Positions 1 through 8,687 of a DNA stretch of 33,035 nt are shown here, one piece after another (positions within the stretch are counted from its first letter, which is position 1; each line of letters begins with the position of its first letter). The notes under the pieces were generated by a model. It was not told the DNA's origin, made no database searches, and saw only the letters and a list, made by a program, of their open reading frames with translations. The position numbers were made by a program, and so were the translations under genes. The DNA lies in contig CAXXUA010000012.1 in NCBI GenBank assembly GCA_963663765.2, positions 1-33,035 on the forward strand. Reading direction: 5' to 3'. This DNA comes from Candidatus Poribacteria bacterium (GTDB lineage: Bacteria > Poribacteria > WGA-4E > WGA-3G).

Positions 1-284
1 TCTGCTACAAGTGTGCGATTCAAAAAATGTGTGTGGCATTTTAGCATACCTACAAAGCCGCAAGTTGTTCAAGTGTATCCAGTGTGTCGTTTTCGCTGGG
101 ATGTCCTTCTATTTCGCTTCTCTCTACGGCATTTTCACTGATGGCTGTTTATTCTTATCTCGTTGTGTATTCTACCCACAGGGGCGTATCAATAAATGTG
201 TTCTGGAGCAATCTGAACATCTTTTTATTTTCTCATTCACAAAATAAACGGTGTTCTTCTCAAAAATCGGTATTATCAGGCATA

Positions 285-543
285 CGGTATAAAGGCACGT
301 GCGGTGCAAAGCGGTGGCACAGCAGGGTTGCAAGTGCCGTGCAAGCGAAGCGAAGCACCAAACGCAGCAACAAGCGACGCGCATGTGGATGTGTGGTAAG
401 TGTAGCGAAGTGTAGCACATCGTCACGTCAAAGCGGAGCCACGCGAAGCGTGACGATGACGACTGCGAAACGGAGCGAAACGACACACTACCACAGAGCG
501 CAAGCTTCTGCCTGCCAACGCAAGCAGTGCACGCCTTATACCG
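285..543 (+). other. Branched hairpin element A (ssi/sso-like single-strand signal or structured ncRNA)
   Basis: Closing stem cggtataaaggcacgtgc (285-302) / gcacgccttataccg (529-543). Inner stems catcgtcacg (418-427) / cgtgacgatg (449-458) and tgtggtaagtgt (392-403) / acactaccaca (485-495). Loops rich in GCGAAGCG/GCGGAGC/GCAAGC. Confidence 0.65.
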
Positions 544-564
544 AACGCCGATCGTTGCGGTATG

Positions 565-2295
565 TTATCCGTCACTTACAACAGGGAGTGGCGGTTGATA
601 TGGTGTTTCTCGGAGTGTTTGGACTAAAAGGGATCGCGTCCATGACAAAGCAGCTTGGAGGTCTATCGCTTCGCCCGGTTGGATATATCCTTCTTTTTTG
701 TTTTGTCTACGTAGCGAGGTGAGACTCATCGTATTAGATTTTTTGCTATTGCACGGTTGGCATAAGAGCGCACGATTGTCTATGTCGTTGGTGCCGCCAT
801 CACTTTTCGGGACGATATGGTCAAGGTGTAAATAGCGTTTGTCGGGTGGCTCAAAGCTGCATCCCCAACATTTCAATCCGAACTGATCTACAAGGATTTG
901 GTGCATCTCGGCATGGCTGTGCAGCGGTTCGAGATGGTGTTGATAGACATGGGATAATTCTGGGACTGTGGGAACGTCTTGATCGGGGCGGGGCGGAGGC
1001 TCGGTTTGATAATAGTGGATTCCTCTCTTTTCTGTTTGTTCGTCAAGATATTTTCTTAGGTCCGCAGTGTCTGAATATTTATTCAGAAGTAGATCGCGAG
1101 CTTTGCGGTCAATTTTCATCAGACGCGTGATAATATGGTAGCGTGCATCTACGCGTCTGTCTATGCCTACCCACCGACGTTTGAGGTTGTCTGCTGCGAT
1201 TATCGTTGTTGCACAGCCACAGAACGGGTCTAATACGAGGTCGCCTTCATTGCTGCTTGCTTTGATAATGCGTTCATAGAGAGCAATCGGTTTTTGATCG
1301 GGCGAGCCTGTCCATTCATCTCCTTTGTTATAATTTGTGAAACCAGAAATATCTATGAATAGAGATTGAACTGGATTGCCAGAGTCTGCTTCAGCGTACC
1401 GCTTAAGCCCAGGCCATCCAGAACGACCTTTTTTTGGATGGTGAATTAATCCTACAGAATCAAGAATATCTAATCTATCATGAACGCCTTTTATAGATCT
1501 ATAGTTCGGAATGAGATTGTCTTCAATCCATTTGGCATAATTTCCAGTTAACGGGGCTGACCAAACGCGACCTTTAGCTCTTACATCATACCCTGACCAA
1601 GGTTGTGAGCTTTCCCCGCCACTATAACCGTGAGATGGGCCTGTCAAGTTATCCGATCTATACCTACCACGCTCGTCCTGGAGGGGATACGCCCTATCAA
1701 TTTCTTCTGGGGTTTTCGGAACTGCGATGGCAGATCCGTTCCAAGTTGTCTTTCCGGCTCCGGAGTAATACAACAATCTATCTGAGTTATTACCATATTT
1801 CTTTGGATCATTGTGAGCAATAGCTCTGCGCCACACGATTTCGTTTTTAAAGTTTTTTCTACCAAATATGGCATCCATACACATTTTGATGTAGTGGCTT
1901 GCGGTGGGATCGCAATGCAAATATATGCTTCCTGTCTCTTTTAGGATACGGTGCATTTCAATGAGCCTGACGCTGAGAAAGCATAAAAACGCTGCGGTAT
2001 CTTCGCCTTGACAATGTTTGGCAGCGTCTATGGCATGGTATAGTTCGGTGTGGTTGTCTTTGATTTCTTCAAGCCATTTGGGATGCACCTCGTTCCATTT
2101 CCATTGGTCTGGCAGTATGCCGGTGTCTCCCCATTTCCAGTTGTCTACATACTGTCCGGCTGTGCCGCTTCGGTTGCGTTTGATGTTGAAGGGCGGATCG
2201 GTGGCAATGAGGTCTACGGTGTCGCTGTTCATGCCGCGTAGCACTTCAAGGTTGTCCATTTCGTATAATGCGTTGTCGGGAAAGTTTTGTGTCAT
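565..2295 (-). CDS. Beta-class N6-A/N4-C DNA methyltransferase fused to C-terminal HNH endonuclease
   Basis: Motif IV DPPF (IATDPPFN) precedes motif I (LDPFCGCATT). C-terminal CWGC...LDHIVPKSDGGTNDIDNRALLCQPCNSKK is HNH. Start moved to MTQNF (2295) because a promoter lies at 2326-2355. Confidence 0.93.
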   Translation of the reverse strand: MTQNFPDNALYEMDNLEVLRGMNSDTVDLIATDPPFNIKRNRSGTAGQYVDNWKWGDTGILPDQWKWNEVHPKWLEEIKDNHTELYHAIDAAKHCQGEDTAAFLCFLSVRLIEMHRILKETGSIYLHCDPTASHYIKMCMDAIFGRKNFKNEIVWRRAIAHNDPKKYGNNSDRLLYYSGAGKTTWNGSAIAVPKTPEEIDRAYPLQDERGRYRSDNLTGPSHGYSGGESSQPWSGYDVRAKGRVWSAPLTGNYAKWIEDNLIPNYRSIKGVHDRLDILDSVGLIHHPKKGRSGWPGLKRYAEADSGNPVQSLFIDISGFTNYNKGDEWTGSPDQKPIALYERIIKASSNEGDLVLDPFCGCATTIIAADNLKRRWVGIDRRVDARYHIITRLMKIDRKARDLLLNKYSDTADLRKYLDEQTEKRGIHYYQTEPPPRPDQDVPTVPELSHVYQHHLEPLHSHAEMHQILVDQFGLKCWGCSFEPPDKRYLHLDHIVPKSDGGTNDIDNRALLCQPCNSKKSNTMSLTSLRRQNKKEGYIQPGEAIDLQAALSWTRSLLVQTLRETPYQPPLPVVSDG

Positions 2296-2325
2296 CGGTG
2301 TTTTCCACGTCGTGTTTTGGGGAAA

Positions 2326-2355
2326 AGGATAGCATGGGAAGGGGGATTGTGTCAA
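2326..2355 (-). promoter_or_regulatory. Sigma70-type promoter of the MTase-HNH gene
   Basis: Minus strand TTGACA-18 nt-TATCCT with TG extended -10, about 30 nt upstream of the ATG at 2295. Confidence 0.6.
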
Positions 2356-2433
2356 GTGGGGTCTGAATAGGTCAATACACTGACCTAAGGTGATGTTAAT
2401 CGCATTTGGGAGTAATGTCAATGCTATTTGAGT

Positions 2434-2727
2434 TTATATAATATCAAAATGAACTTCTATATTATCCTCTCCTGCTTCATTAAATGCTTTGACTTCAATC
2501 ATCCCATTGTCCCTTTTATCAGCACTATCCTCTTTTAATGGTATTTCTCCATATATGCGAATTTTATTACCATCCCTGCTATGTGCTAGACCGATCCAAG
2601 GACCGATAACACTACATTTAAACGCAGCAGTATTCTTTACATATACAATAATTTCGTTATAATCACCCCACTTAAGTGTTTGGCGAGGCATAGGTGATAT
2701 AATAGGGCATTCTGCTAAATTACTCAT
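2434..2727 (-). CDS. Small protein, possible single Ig-like (He_PIG/cadherin-like) domain
   Basis: RBS AAGGAG 7 nt before ATG (MSNLAEC). Beta-rich pattern GL...G.IRIYG.IP...IEVKAFNEAG...FDI. Confidence 0.6.
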   Translation of the reverse strand: MSNLAECPIISPMPRQTLKWGDYNEIIVYVKNTAAFKCSVIGPWIGLAHSRDGNKIRIYGEIPLKEDSADKRDNGMIEVKAFNEAGEDNIEVHFDII

Positions 2728-2944
2728 TGATATTCTCCTTACATAATTTATATTATTCAAACTTTTTCATCTTTAAATTCAAAAAAACGACCTAATAAAT
2801 GTAATTGTAACAAAGGGATTTGGGATTATCAAATGTCTTTTGGAATTGGCGTTTGGGACAAGACTGTCCCATTCAATCCAAACTATCTTGGCTAATCCAT
2901 CTAATCTTAACAGCGGCGAAAGTTTACAACTTCTCCGTTCTCTT

Positions 2945-3256
2945 TTAACGATAATGCAGTTCAATTTCATTTGGATAGAGTGGGGAACTTGCACCAACTA
3001 TCCGATCAAATATAAGTATACAGTTATCCCCAAGTCTGAAGTATTGATCGACCTTAATTGCTAAAGGACCATAAACTTCCACCTTTAATTCTTCTTTTGA
3101 TTTACCATCCCGACAAAAACTAAAGGTGACTTTTTTGATTTTTGAAGAGTTGTAATCATGAGGAATGTACTTATCTATTGCTTCATGGGTTGGAACTTCT
3201 TCAAAATAGGGGTCGGTTATTAGTTTACCACGTAAATTATAGCCTTGCATCTTCAT
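2945..3256 (-). CDS. Divergent SSB-like OB-fold protein
   Basis: LRGKLITDP ... VEVYGPLAIKVDQYFRLGDNCIL mirrors the SSB consensus L.G.L..DP ... V..WG.LA....Y.RKG..V.I. GAGGG RBS; no acidic C-terminal tail. Confidence 0.55.
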   Translation of the reverse strand: MKMQGYNLRGKLITDPYFEEVPTHEAIDKYIPHDYNSSKIKKVTFSFCRDGKSKEELKVEVYGPLAIKVDQYFRLGDNCILIFDRIVGASSPLYPNEIELHYR

Positions 3257-3334
3257 TTTCCCTCATGGTCTCAGTATAATTGCCATGAAAATAGTTGTAT
3301 AACCTATGCCAAATTTGGTCTTACTGAGGTATTC

Positions 3335-3487
3335 TATTATTAGGACTTACGCGAAATGCTTAATTATTCCCTTCATATGAAATGGGTCAAACGCTTTATC
3401 AAGTCAAACATAGTACGTTGCCTGATTTTCTATGTCAACAATTTTAAACCTACTCTTAAAATGGATTATGCGCAAGTTTTAATATTA
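3335..3487. mobile_element. Possible degenerate MITE / IS-end remnant
   Basis: Imperfect terminal inverted repeat tattattaggacttacgcg (3335-3353) / tgcgcaagttttaatatta (3469-3487) around an AT-rich non-coding core. Confidence 0.3.
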
Positions 3488-3876
3488 TATCATGTCCGCA
3501 AAACAAACATCAAATCGTTTCGTCTGGGGTGTGTAAAGTTCTTGGCAAAACAGCAATTATTCAACGATTGCATACCTCTGCGTATGTCATGAATGTTTGC
3601 ATTAATTGCATTAATTACTATTATAATTTGGATTTATTTATGAAAAACCTTCGCGAAAAAATAGAGTTAGCTTCAGTCATAATAAGAGATTATCAATGAG
3701 CTGGGTGTATTTCTGAGACTGAAAGAATGCGGGGCACGGAGACTCCGCAAGACAATGGTTGGTGAGAACTTAGTGCCCAAAACTTTACACACCCTTTCGT
3801 CTGTTCAGGTGCTAACAGTGTTTGCAGTTAAGATAAGTTTCAGTTGTAAATGAAGATTCTTTTCTGTTACCACCAT

Positions 3877-4380
3877 TTACCGCCACACCCTTTCTATAAC
3901 TCTCATAAATATATCTTCACTCACAGGGGCTTGGTCAGGGGCAATAATTTTTAAAAGCGACGTGTAAGCTTCATAGGGCATATATCCCCCTGGATAATTA
4001 TTACCACTGCATATCTCTGAATTTAACTCAAATCCCCACCAACTAATCAATTTTTGGGTTTTGTTGAGGTCGTCTTCTGGATCCCAAATCCCGTTGACTG
4101 CTTCTTCCTTTTCCCATATTTCCCGAACAATATCAGACGCTTCAACAGGGGTTATTTCACTGCGATTATAAATCCTACCGCACCCGTTACACCTGCATTC
4201 ATCACCATACTCAAGAAGAATGCCGTCACAAGAAATAGTGCTTGGACAATCACCATATTCATATATCTGTTCCCCTTTTCTAAATCCTCTCGCGAAAATA
4301 TCAATACTCACAAATACTCTCCTTTTTTTGTTCAACTGGCGATTTTCCGCCAGTTCAAAATTAAATACGGAACATATCAC
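3877..4380 (-). CDS. Hypothetical protein with Cys cluster (possible Zn ribbon)
   Basis: 167-aa ORF co-oriented with all other genes; CPSTISC...CRCNGCG. Confidence 0.7.
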   Translation of the reverse strand: MICSVFNFELAENRQLNKKRRVFVSIDIFARGFRKGEQIYEYGDCPSTISCDGILLEYGDECRCNGCGRIYNRSEITPVEASDIVREIWEKEEAVNGIWDPEDDLNKTQKLISWWGFELNSEICSGNNYPGGYMPYEAYTSLLKIIAPDQAPVSEDIFMRVIERVWR

Positions 4381-4398
4381 ATGGTTAATTTTAATATT

Positions 4399-4477
4399 GT
4401 TACTGATGCAAAACGTGGGTCAATTTATAAGTACGTACTCTTTAATTAGAAATTGACCCACGTTTTGCATCAGTAAC
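4399..4477. repeat. Perfect 28-bp inverted repeat with 23-bp spacer, overlapping the rep stop codon
   Basis: gttactgatgcaaaacgtgggtcaattt (4399-4426) / aaattgacccacgttttgcatcagtaac (4450-4477). Confidence 0.95.
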
Positions 4478-7400
4478 TCCATTTTTTTGATAATATCCGC
4501 GCTTTGGTTTAGACACCTTGCCTGCTTCCAAAAGTGCTTTAATAGCACTCCAAACATTTCGCTTCGCAAATCTTGCGTGTTTGACAATATCATTTGTTTT
4601 CCACACTTCACCATCACCGAGTATATCCAAGACATTCTGCTGAGCAGGCGGTAATGGTTTGATCCCTTTACACCACTTTCCAACAGTCTGTGGGTGTATC
4701 TCTAAATCTTCAGCGATTGCTTTTATAGTTTCACCGGCATGTCTGCGGAATTGTGCAGTTTCTTTTAGATCAGCGTTCTTTTCTGGCGGTGCGATAGTAT
4801 CATAGGTGTCGAGTGTGATCTCTGTCCCCTCCGGTGTGCTGGGTTGATTGAGAAGCCACCTTTTGAAAGACGCAAGCCGTAAATCCATGTGTTCTGTATC
4901 GGTCAAGTAGTAGTTTTCACCCAATTTTGCGATACGTTGTGGATACCATTCTTGAATGAATGCCCGCACCCATTCAACGACCATAGCGTCTGTAGCTATT
5001 TTCAAAAATCTTGCTTTACGGTATCCAGATGCTCTAAACGCTCCGTTTTGTAGTTCTGTTATGAAAGGTTTACCAGTGGAAGTCTCTGAATGCAAAACTT
5101 CACGAACGGTTGTTGCGAGTGCTTTCTCATCAAACACTTCTTTCGTAAGTCTATCCAGTAGGCAGGTAAGCAATTCTCCTGTCCGCCTATCATCACATAT
5201 TGATGTGATTTCAACACCACCACCGGACATCACCAGTTCAGCATCTACGCATTCAAGTTCGGCTTGTAATTGGTTTGCTGTCCATTTCGGTTGATGCACA
5301 GCGAAATATCCGCGTCGTTGTTTCGCAAGGTTCTTGGCGGAAATGTCATTTGTGACAAGTCCATTGTCAACTAATTTGACAGCAAGCAACATATCCTCAA
5401 CATCCAGTGCGGTATCATCGGCATTGGTGCGTGTATCATCCCAACCGACCGACTGCGACGCAGCGTTGGCAGCTTCATAAGCAAGCCGCATGATTGGTGT
5501 GAGTCGTCCTTTGTTGCTTTGGATGCGTATTTCTGAGGATGTCAACAACTTGGATTTTTCTATAAATTCTATTGCCTTCGGTATGTATGCATCTTTTTCT
5601 TTGTTGCGGAGTTCTTTTCGTATTGTCGACATAGATGTAAGCGTTTCGGGTGCGTGTGGTATAGATGATGCGTGAGACACCGGCATATTTGCCAACTTAG
5701 TGAGATGATGCTCTACAAACTGCTCAAATTGAAGATCCGCTAATGAGTTGAGTGCTTGGGCATAAGCAACTTTTTGTAAGCCGTTAGTGGATATATGTGC
5801 GTTTTCAGACTCTATCTGTTTCAATATTTCGTGATATAAACTCACATCGTAATTTTCTGTGGGTCTAACAGGGAGTGCCAGGTTGTAGTCGGTATAATGA
5901 ACGGACACACCGCAGCGTCCCCGATCTCTCACACATTGCTGCACCGTCATGCTTGCATCTCGCGCCCCGTGTTTAATACCAGTCAAAACCACCGTGCGCG
6001 CTTTTGGGTCTAAGATTGAGAGCCCAACACCTGCAGCGGATGTTCCGACAAAGACTCTTGTGTCCGTAAGTTTCTGGTTTCGTAGCACAGCATCGGCACG
6101 TGGCATGCCTTTCGTATAGGCAGAATACACTACTGGGGATTCCTCTCGAAACTCGTTAGCGATCAGTTCAGCATCTCTGCGTGTGTTGGTAAACACATAA
6201 GCGTTGAACCCTTGCTCAAGGATGTCGGTTATATCCTGTATACCCGATGCGACAATAGCGTTCTGTTTTCCTTTTGTGTTTTCGTGTTTGTGTAAAACCA
6301 CAGAACCTTGTGCTTGTGTAGCAGTGTTGTAAAATCCTTGAACGTTATCTGTTTCTAATTCCTCAGCAAATGCTTCCAATGCAAGCGTGGACTCGGTTTG
6401 TCCGCTCACAACCAATCCAGTAGATTCCAAAACATCCCGCAGACATTTTTTTACAGCTGTAGCATTGTCAATGGACAGTGCAAGTAATCCATAAGAGAAA
6501 TCCAGTTCGTCTATAGCAACATATAACTGTTCTGCTCCGTTATCCTGTGCGTGGCGAACGATACTTGGCAAGGATGGTAAACAAGCGATTGCACCACAAT
6601 CACCGATAAATCTGTCATCTCGGTCAACACCTTCATGCCATAAGCCCCATGCATTGCGTCCATATTGTTTACGCAACTGGTGTGCGAGGAATCTCGCGAC
6701 AGCAATGTTAGGCGTGGCAATAACACCCTTCCCAAGCCCAGCATTTGCAAGCATGACTAAATCTTTACAAATCTCTGTAGTCTTCCCTGTAGACATCCCT
6801 GACCCCATGTGAGTCAACATACCAGGTTCAAACAGCCTAAAATCAGCAAACTCAGGATCATCACCGATAAAACCTTGATGATCTGAGATGATAGAGTTTG
6901 GCAATGTGCGGTTAAGTTCATATTCCAGATACGAACCTATCGGATAGTCCTTGTGACACCCATCGCAATACACCCCAGCTGTCAACAAATACCTATCTAT
7001 CCATTTTGCAGTATCAGCTCCGCAGTGTTGACAGCTGCCAAACAGCGTTGACCACACGCGCCGTTTTTCAACCTCTGTAGGTTGTCCGTTCATAGCAAAT
7101 GTGTTGGTGAGTGGATGTAGGTATTTGTATTTAGGTGTCCAAACAGGTGTTGTGCCATGCCACCCCGCATCAGGCGACATCGCTAAGTACTCACGCACGA
7201 CACTGCGCGCCTCTGTAGAGAAATACGGATATGATGCTATTTCACGAACTTCTATTGTGGGTGCTGCTTTGATTATTGGGTGATCAGGTGGCAGTGTTGT
7301 GACAGGTTCTATGGGAACTCCTGGCGTTGTCATCTCTTCGTCTATCGGAACATTAGATTTCAACAGTCCTTCTTTGCGTGCGAATGCATCGCGTTGCTTG

Positions 7401-8686
7401 GCGGCTTCTTTGAATATGTCAGGATGTGTGCCTATACCGGCATCTGCCAAAGCACAACGCAATGCATGTCTTTGGCTTTTCTCTGTCATGTCATGACCAT
7501 AGATGTGCCATGCTAAAAATCTGTGAGCGTTGATGGTGTTTTGGTCGGCTGTTGAGGGGAATTCAGACTGCATTGTGTTGGAGTAGACTTTGAGCACCCC
7601 GTCATCAAGTTCAAAAGACCGATCTACATCAGACGCATGCCAATGCCATACATTATCGCGAATGTTTGTTGCTAAACCATGTTCAACAAATAAAGCAGCA
7701 GGATCAAGTTTGTTGAATGTTGAGATGGGTTCTTGGAGATCTGACACACTGAGATCATACCCTCGCTGTGTCAAAGTTTCGTTTATTTCTCTATTCCGTT
7801 CGCTGTTAGCTTTGTGATGTTCTTTGCGTTCTGTATCCTTTTTCTGCTGTTGTTTCTGGTGCTGTGTTTTTGTCATAACTGCGGCTTTGGCTACTTCCAA
7901 AGCAGACGCAAGCCACACCGTATCAACATCATAGTTATAAAAAGCATCCATTGCATTGTGTGTGTTTCCAAACCCTACCGCGACTGGGTTCTTCGTGACA
8001 TTTTTAGGTATACAATCAAGTTCTCCGCAGAGAATATCACCCAAAGCTCTAAACACTCGTTGATCTGTAATGGGTTGTGATAATATTACAACGCCACGCG
8101 CCTTGAAAGGTCTACCTTCATGGAGCGAGGATGCGGAAGGGATAAGGTAAGAGCAGATACGCTGCAGTAAGGGATAACGTTCAAAGAGTTCAGCTTGAGA
8201 AGAAACAGGTTCAGGGGCATCCAGGTGTTTCTCATCTCGAAACACATCTATATCCAGCAAGACACCAGAGACACCACGCCATGTGTTGGAATTGCGGATA
8301 TACTGATGACACCTCTCTCCAAACATCAACGATACGCCATATCCATCAGTAAGTCTTCTAAACACGGCATCGGGTGTATCAACACGTTGTATCCAGTGTC
8401 TCGCTCCTTGCATACCTGCTTGAGAATGTTTTGTCTGTGGAGATGTGCATTTCTCGGCAGTGTTTTCAAGGAATGCTATCTGTCCATCGGGGAGTGGTAC
8501 ATCGATAGAGACAAGCGTGTCCTGCTCTCTCGCTGCTGCTTCCATCTCTTTGTATGGAGGCACCGGGTGAAAATCAGATTTCAAAGCATGCAGAGCGTCT
8601 TTCTCTTGCGGGGGACACGGATAAAGCAGTTCAGGTAGTGTCCAGTGCTTGAAGGGATACCTAAAATCAGACTCTTTCCACTTCAT
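4442..8686 (-). CDS. Large replication protein: AEP-like primase + Zn finger + UL9/OBP-like SF2 helicase + C-terminal HTH/wHTH
   Basis: N-terminal GVLLDID and SASS...KARGVVILSQPI; CQHC...CDGC; Walker A GSGMSTGKTT; Walker B VAIDELD; FVGTSAAGVGLSI; QQCVRDRG; HTH GETIKAIAEDLEIHPQTVGKW; terminal wHTH-like segment; RBS AAGGAG. Confidence 0.85.
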   Translation of the reverse strand: MKWKESDFRYPFKHWTLPELLYPCPPQEKDALHALKSDFHPVPPYKEMEAAAREQDTLVSIDVPLPDGQIAFLENTAEKCTSPQTKHSQAGMQGARHWIQRVDTPDAVFRRLTDGYGVSLMFGERCHQYIRNSNTWRGVSGVLLDIDVFRDEKHLDAPEPVSSQAELFERYPLLQRICSYLIPSASSLHEGRPFKARGVVILSQPITDQRVFRALGDILCGELDCIPKNVTKNPVAVGFGNTHNAMDAFYNYDVDTVWLASALEVAKAAVMTKTQHQKQQQKKDTERKEHHKANSERNREINETLTQRGYDLSVSDLQEPISTFNKLDPAALFVEHGLATNIRDNVWHWHASDVDRSFELDDGVLKVYSNTMQSEFPSTADQNTINAHRFLAWHIYGHDMTEKSQRHALRCALADAGIGTHPDIFKEAAKQRDAFARKEGLLKSNVPIDEEMTTPGVPIEPVTTLPPDHPIIKAAPTIEVREIASYPYFSTEARSVVREYLAMSPDAGWHGTTPVWTPKYKYLHPLTNTFAMNGQPTEVEKRRVWSTLFGSCQHCGADTAKWIDRYLLTAGVYCDGCHKDYPIGSYLEYELNRTLPNSIISDHQGFIGDDPEFADFRLFEPGMLTHMGSGMSTGKTTEICKDLVMLANAGLGKGVIATPNIAVARFLAHQLRKQYGRNAWGLWHEGVDRDDRFIGDCGAIACLPSLPSIVRHAQDNGAEQLYVAIDELDFSYGLLALSIDNATAVKKCLRDVLESTGLVVSGQTESTLALEAFAEELETDNVQGFYNTATQAQGSVVLHKHENTKGKQNAIVASGIQDITDILEQGFNAYVFTNTRRDAELIANEFREESPVVYSAYTKGMPRADAVLRNQKLTDTRVFVGTSAAGVGLSILDPKARTVVLTGIKHGARDASMTVQQCVRDRGRCGVSVHYTDYNLALPVRPTENYDVSLYHEILKQIESENAHISTNGLQKVAYAQALNSLADLQFEQFVEHHLTKLANMPVSHASSIPHAPETLTSMSTIRKELRNKEKDAYIPKAIEFIEKSKLLTSSEIRIQSNKGRLTPIMRLAYEAANAASQSVGWDDTRTNADDTALDVEDMLLAVKLVDNGLVTNDISAKNLAKQRRGYFAVHQPKWTANQLQAELECVDAELVMSGGGVEITSICDDRRTGELLTCLLDRLTKEVFDEKALATTVREVLHSETSTGKPFITELQNGAFRASGYRKARFLKIATDAMVVEWVRAFIQEWYPQRIAKLGENYYLTDTEHMDLRLASFKRWLLNQPSTPEGTEITLDTYDTIAPPEKNADLKETAQFRRHAGETIKAIAEDLEIHPQTVGKWCKGIKPLPPAQQNVLDILGDGEVWKTNDIVKHARFAKRNVWSAIKALLEAGKVSKPKRGYYQKNGVTDAKRGSISN

Positions 8687-8687
8687 G

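Noticed and set aside
11-722. ORFs of 78, 104 and 212 aa at the window start (and copies at 17040-17796)
   Set aside because: They run through the structured element or antisense to the MTase, have biased Ser/Arg/Cys composition and lack an RBS.
2296-2421. N-terminal 42 codons of the 618-aa MTase ORF
   Set aside because: Contains a promoter and is low-complexity; the MTase domain starts at MTQNF.
4399-4477. Protelomerase (hairpin telomere) site
   Set aside because: The centre is not a perfect palindrome, no protelomerase-sized gene is present, and the contig repeats head-to-tail rather than inverted.
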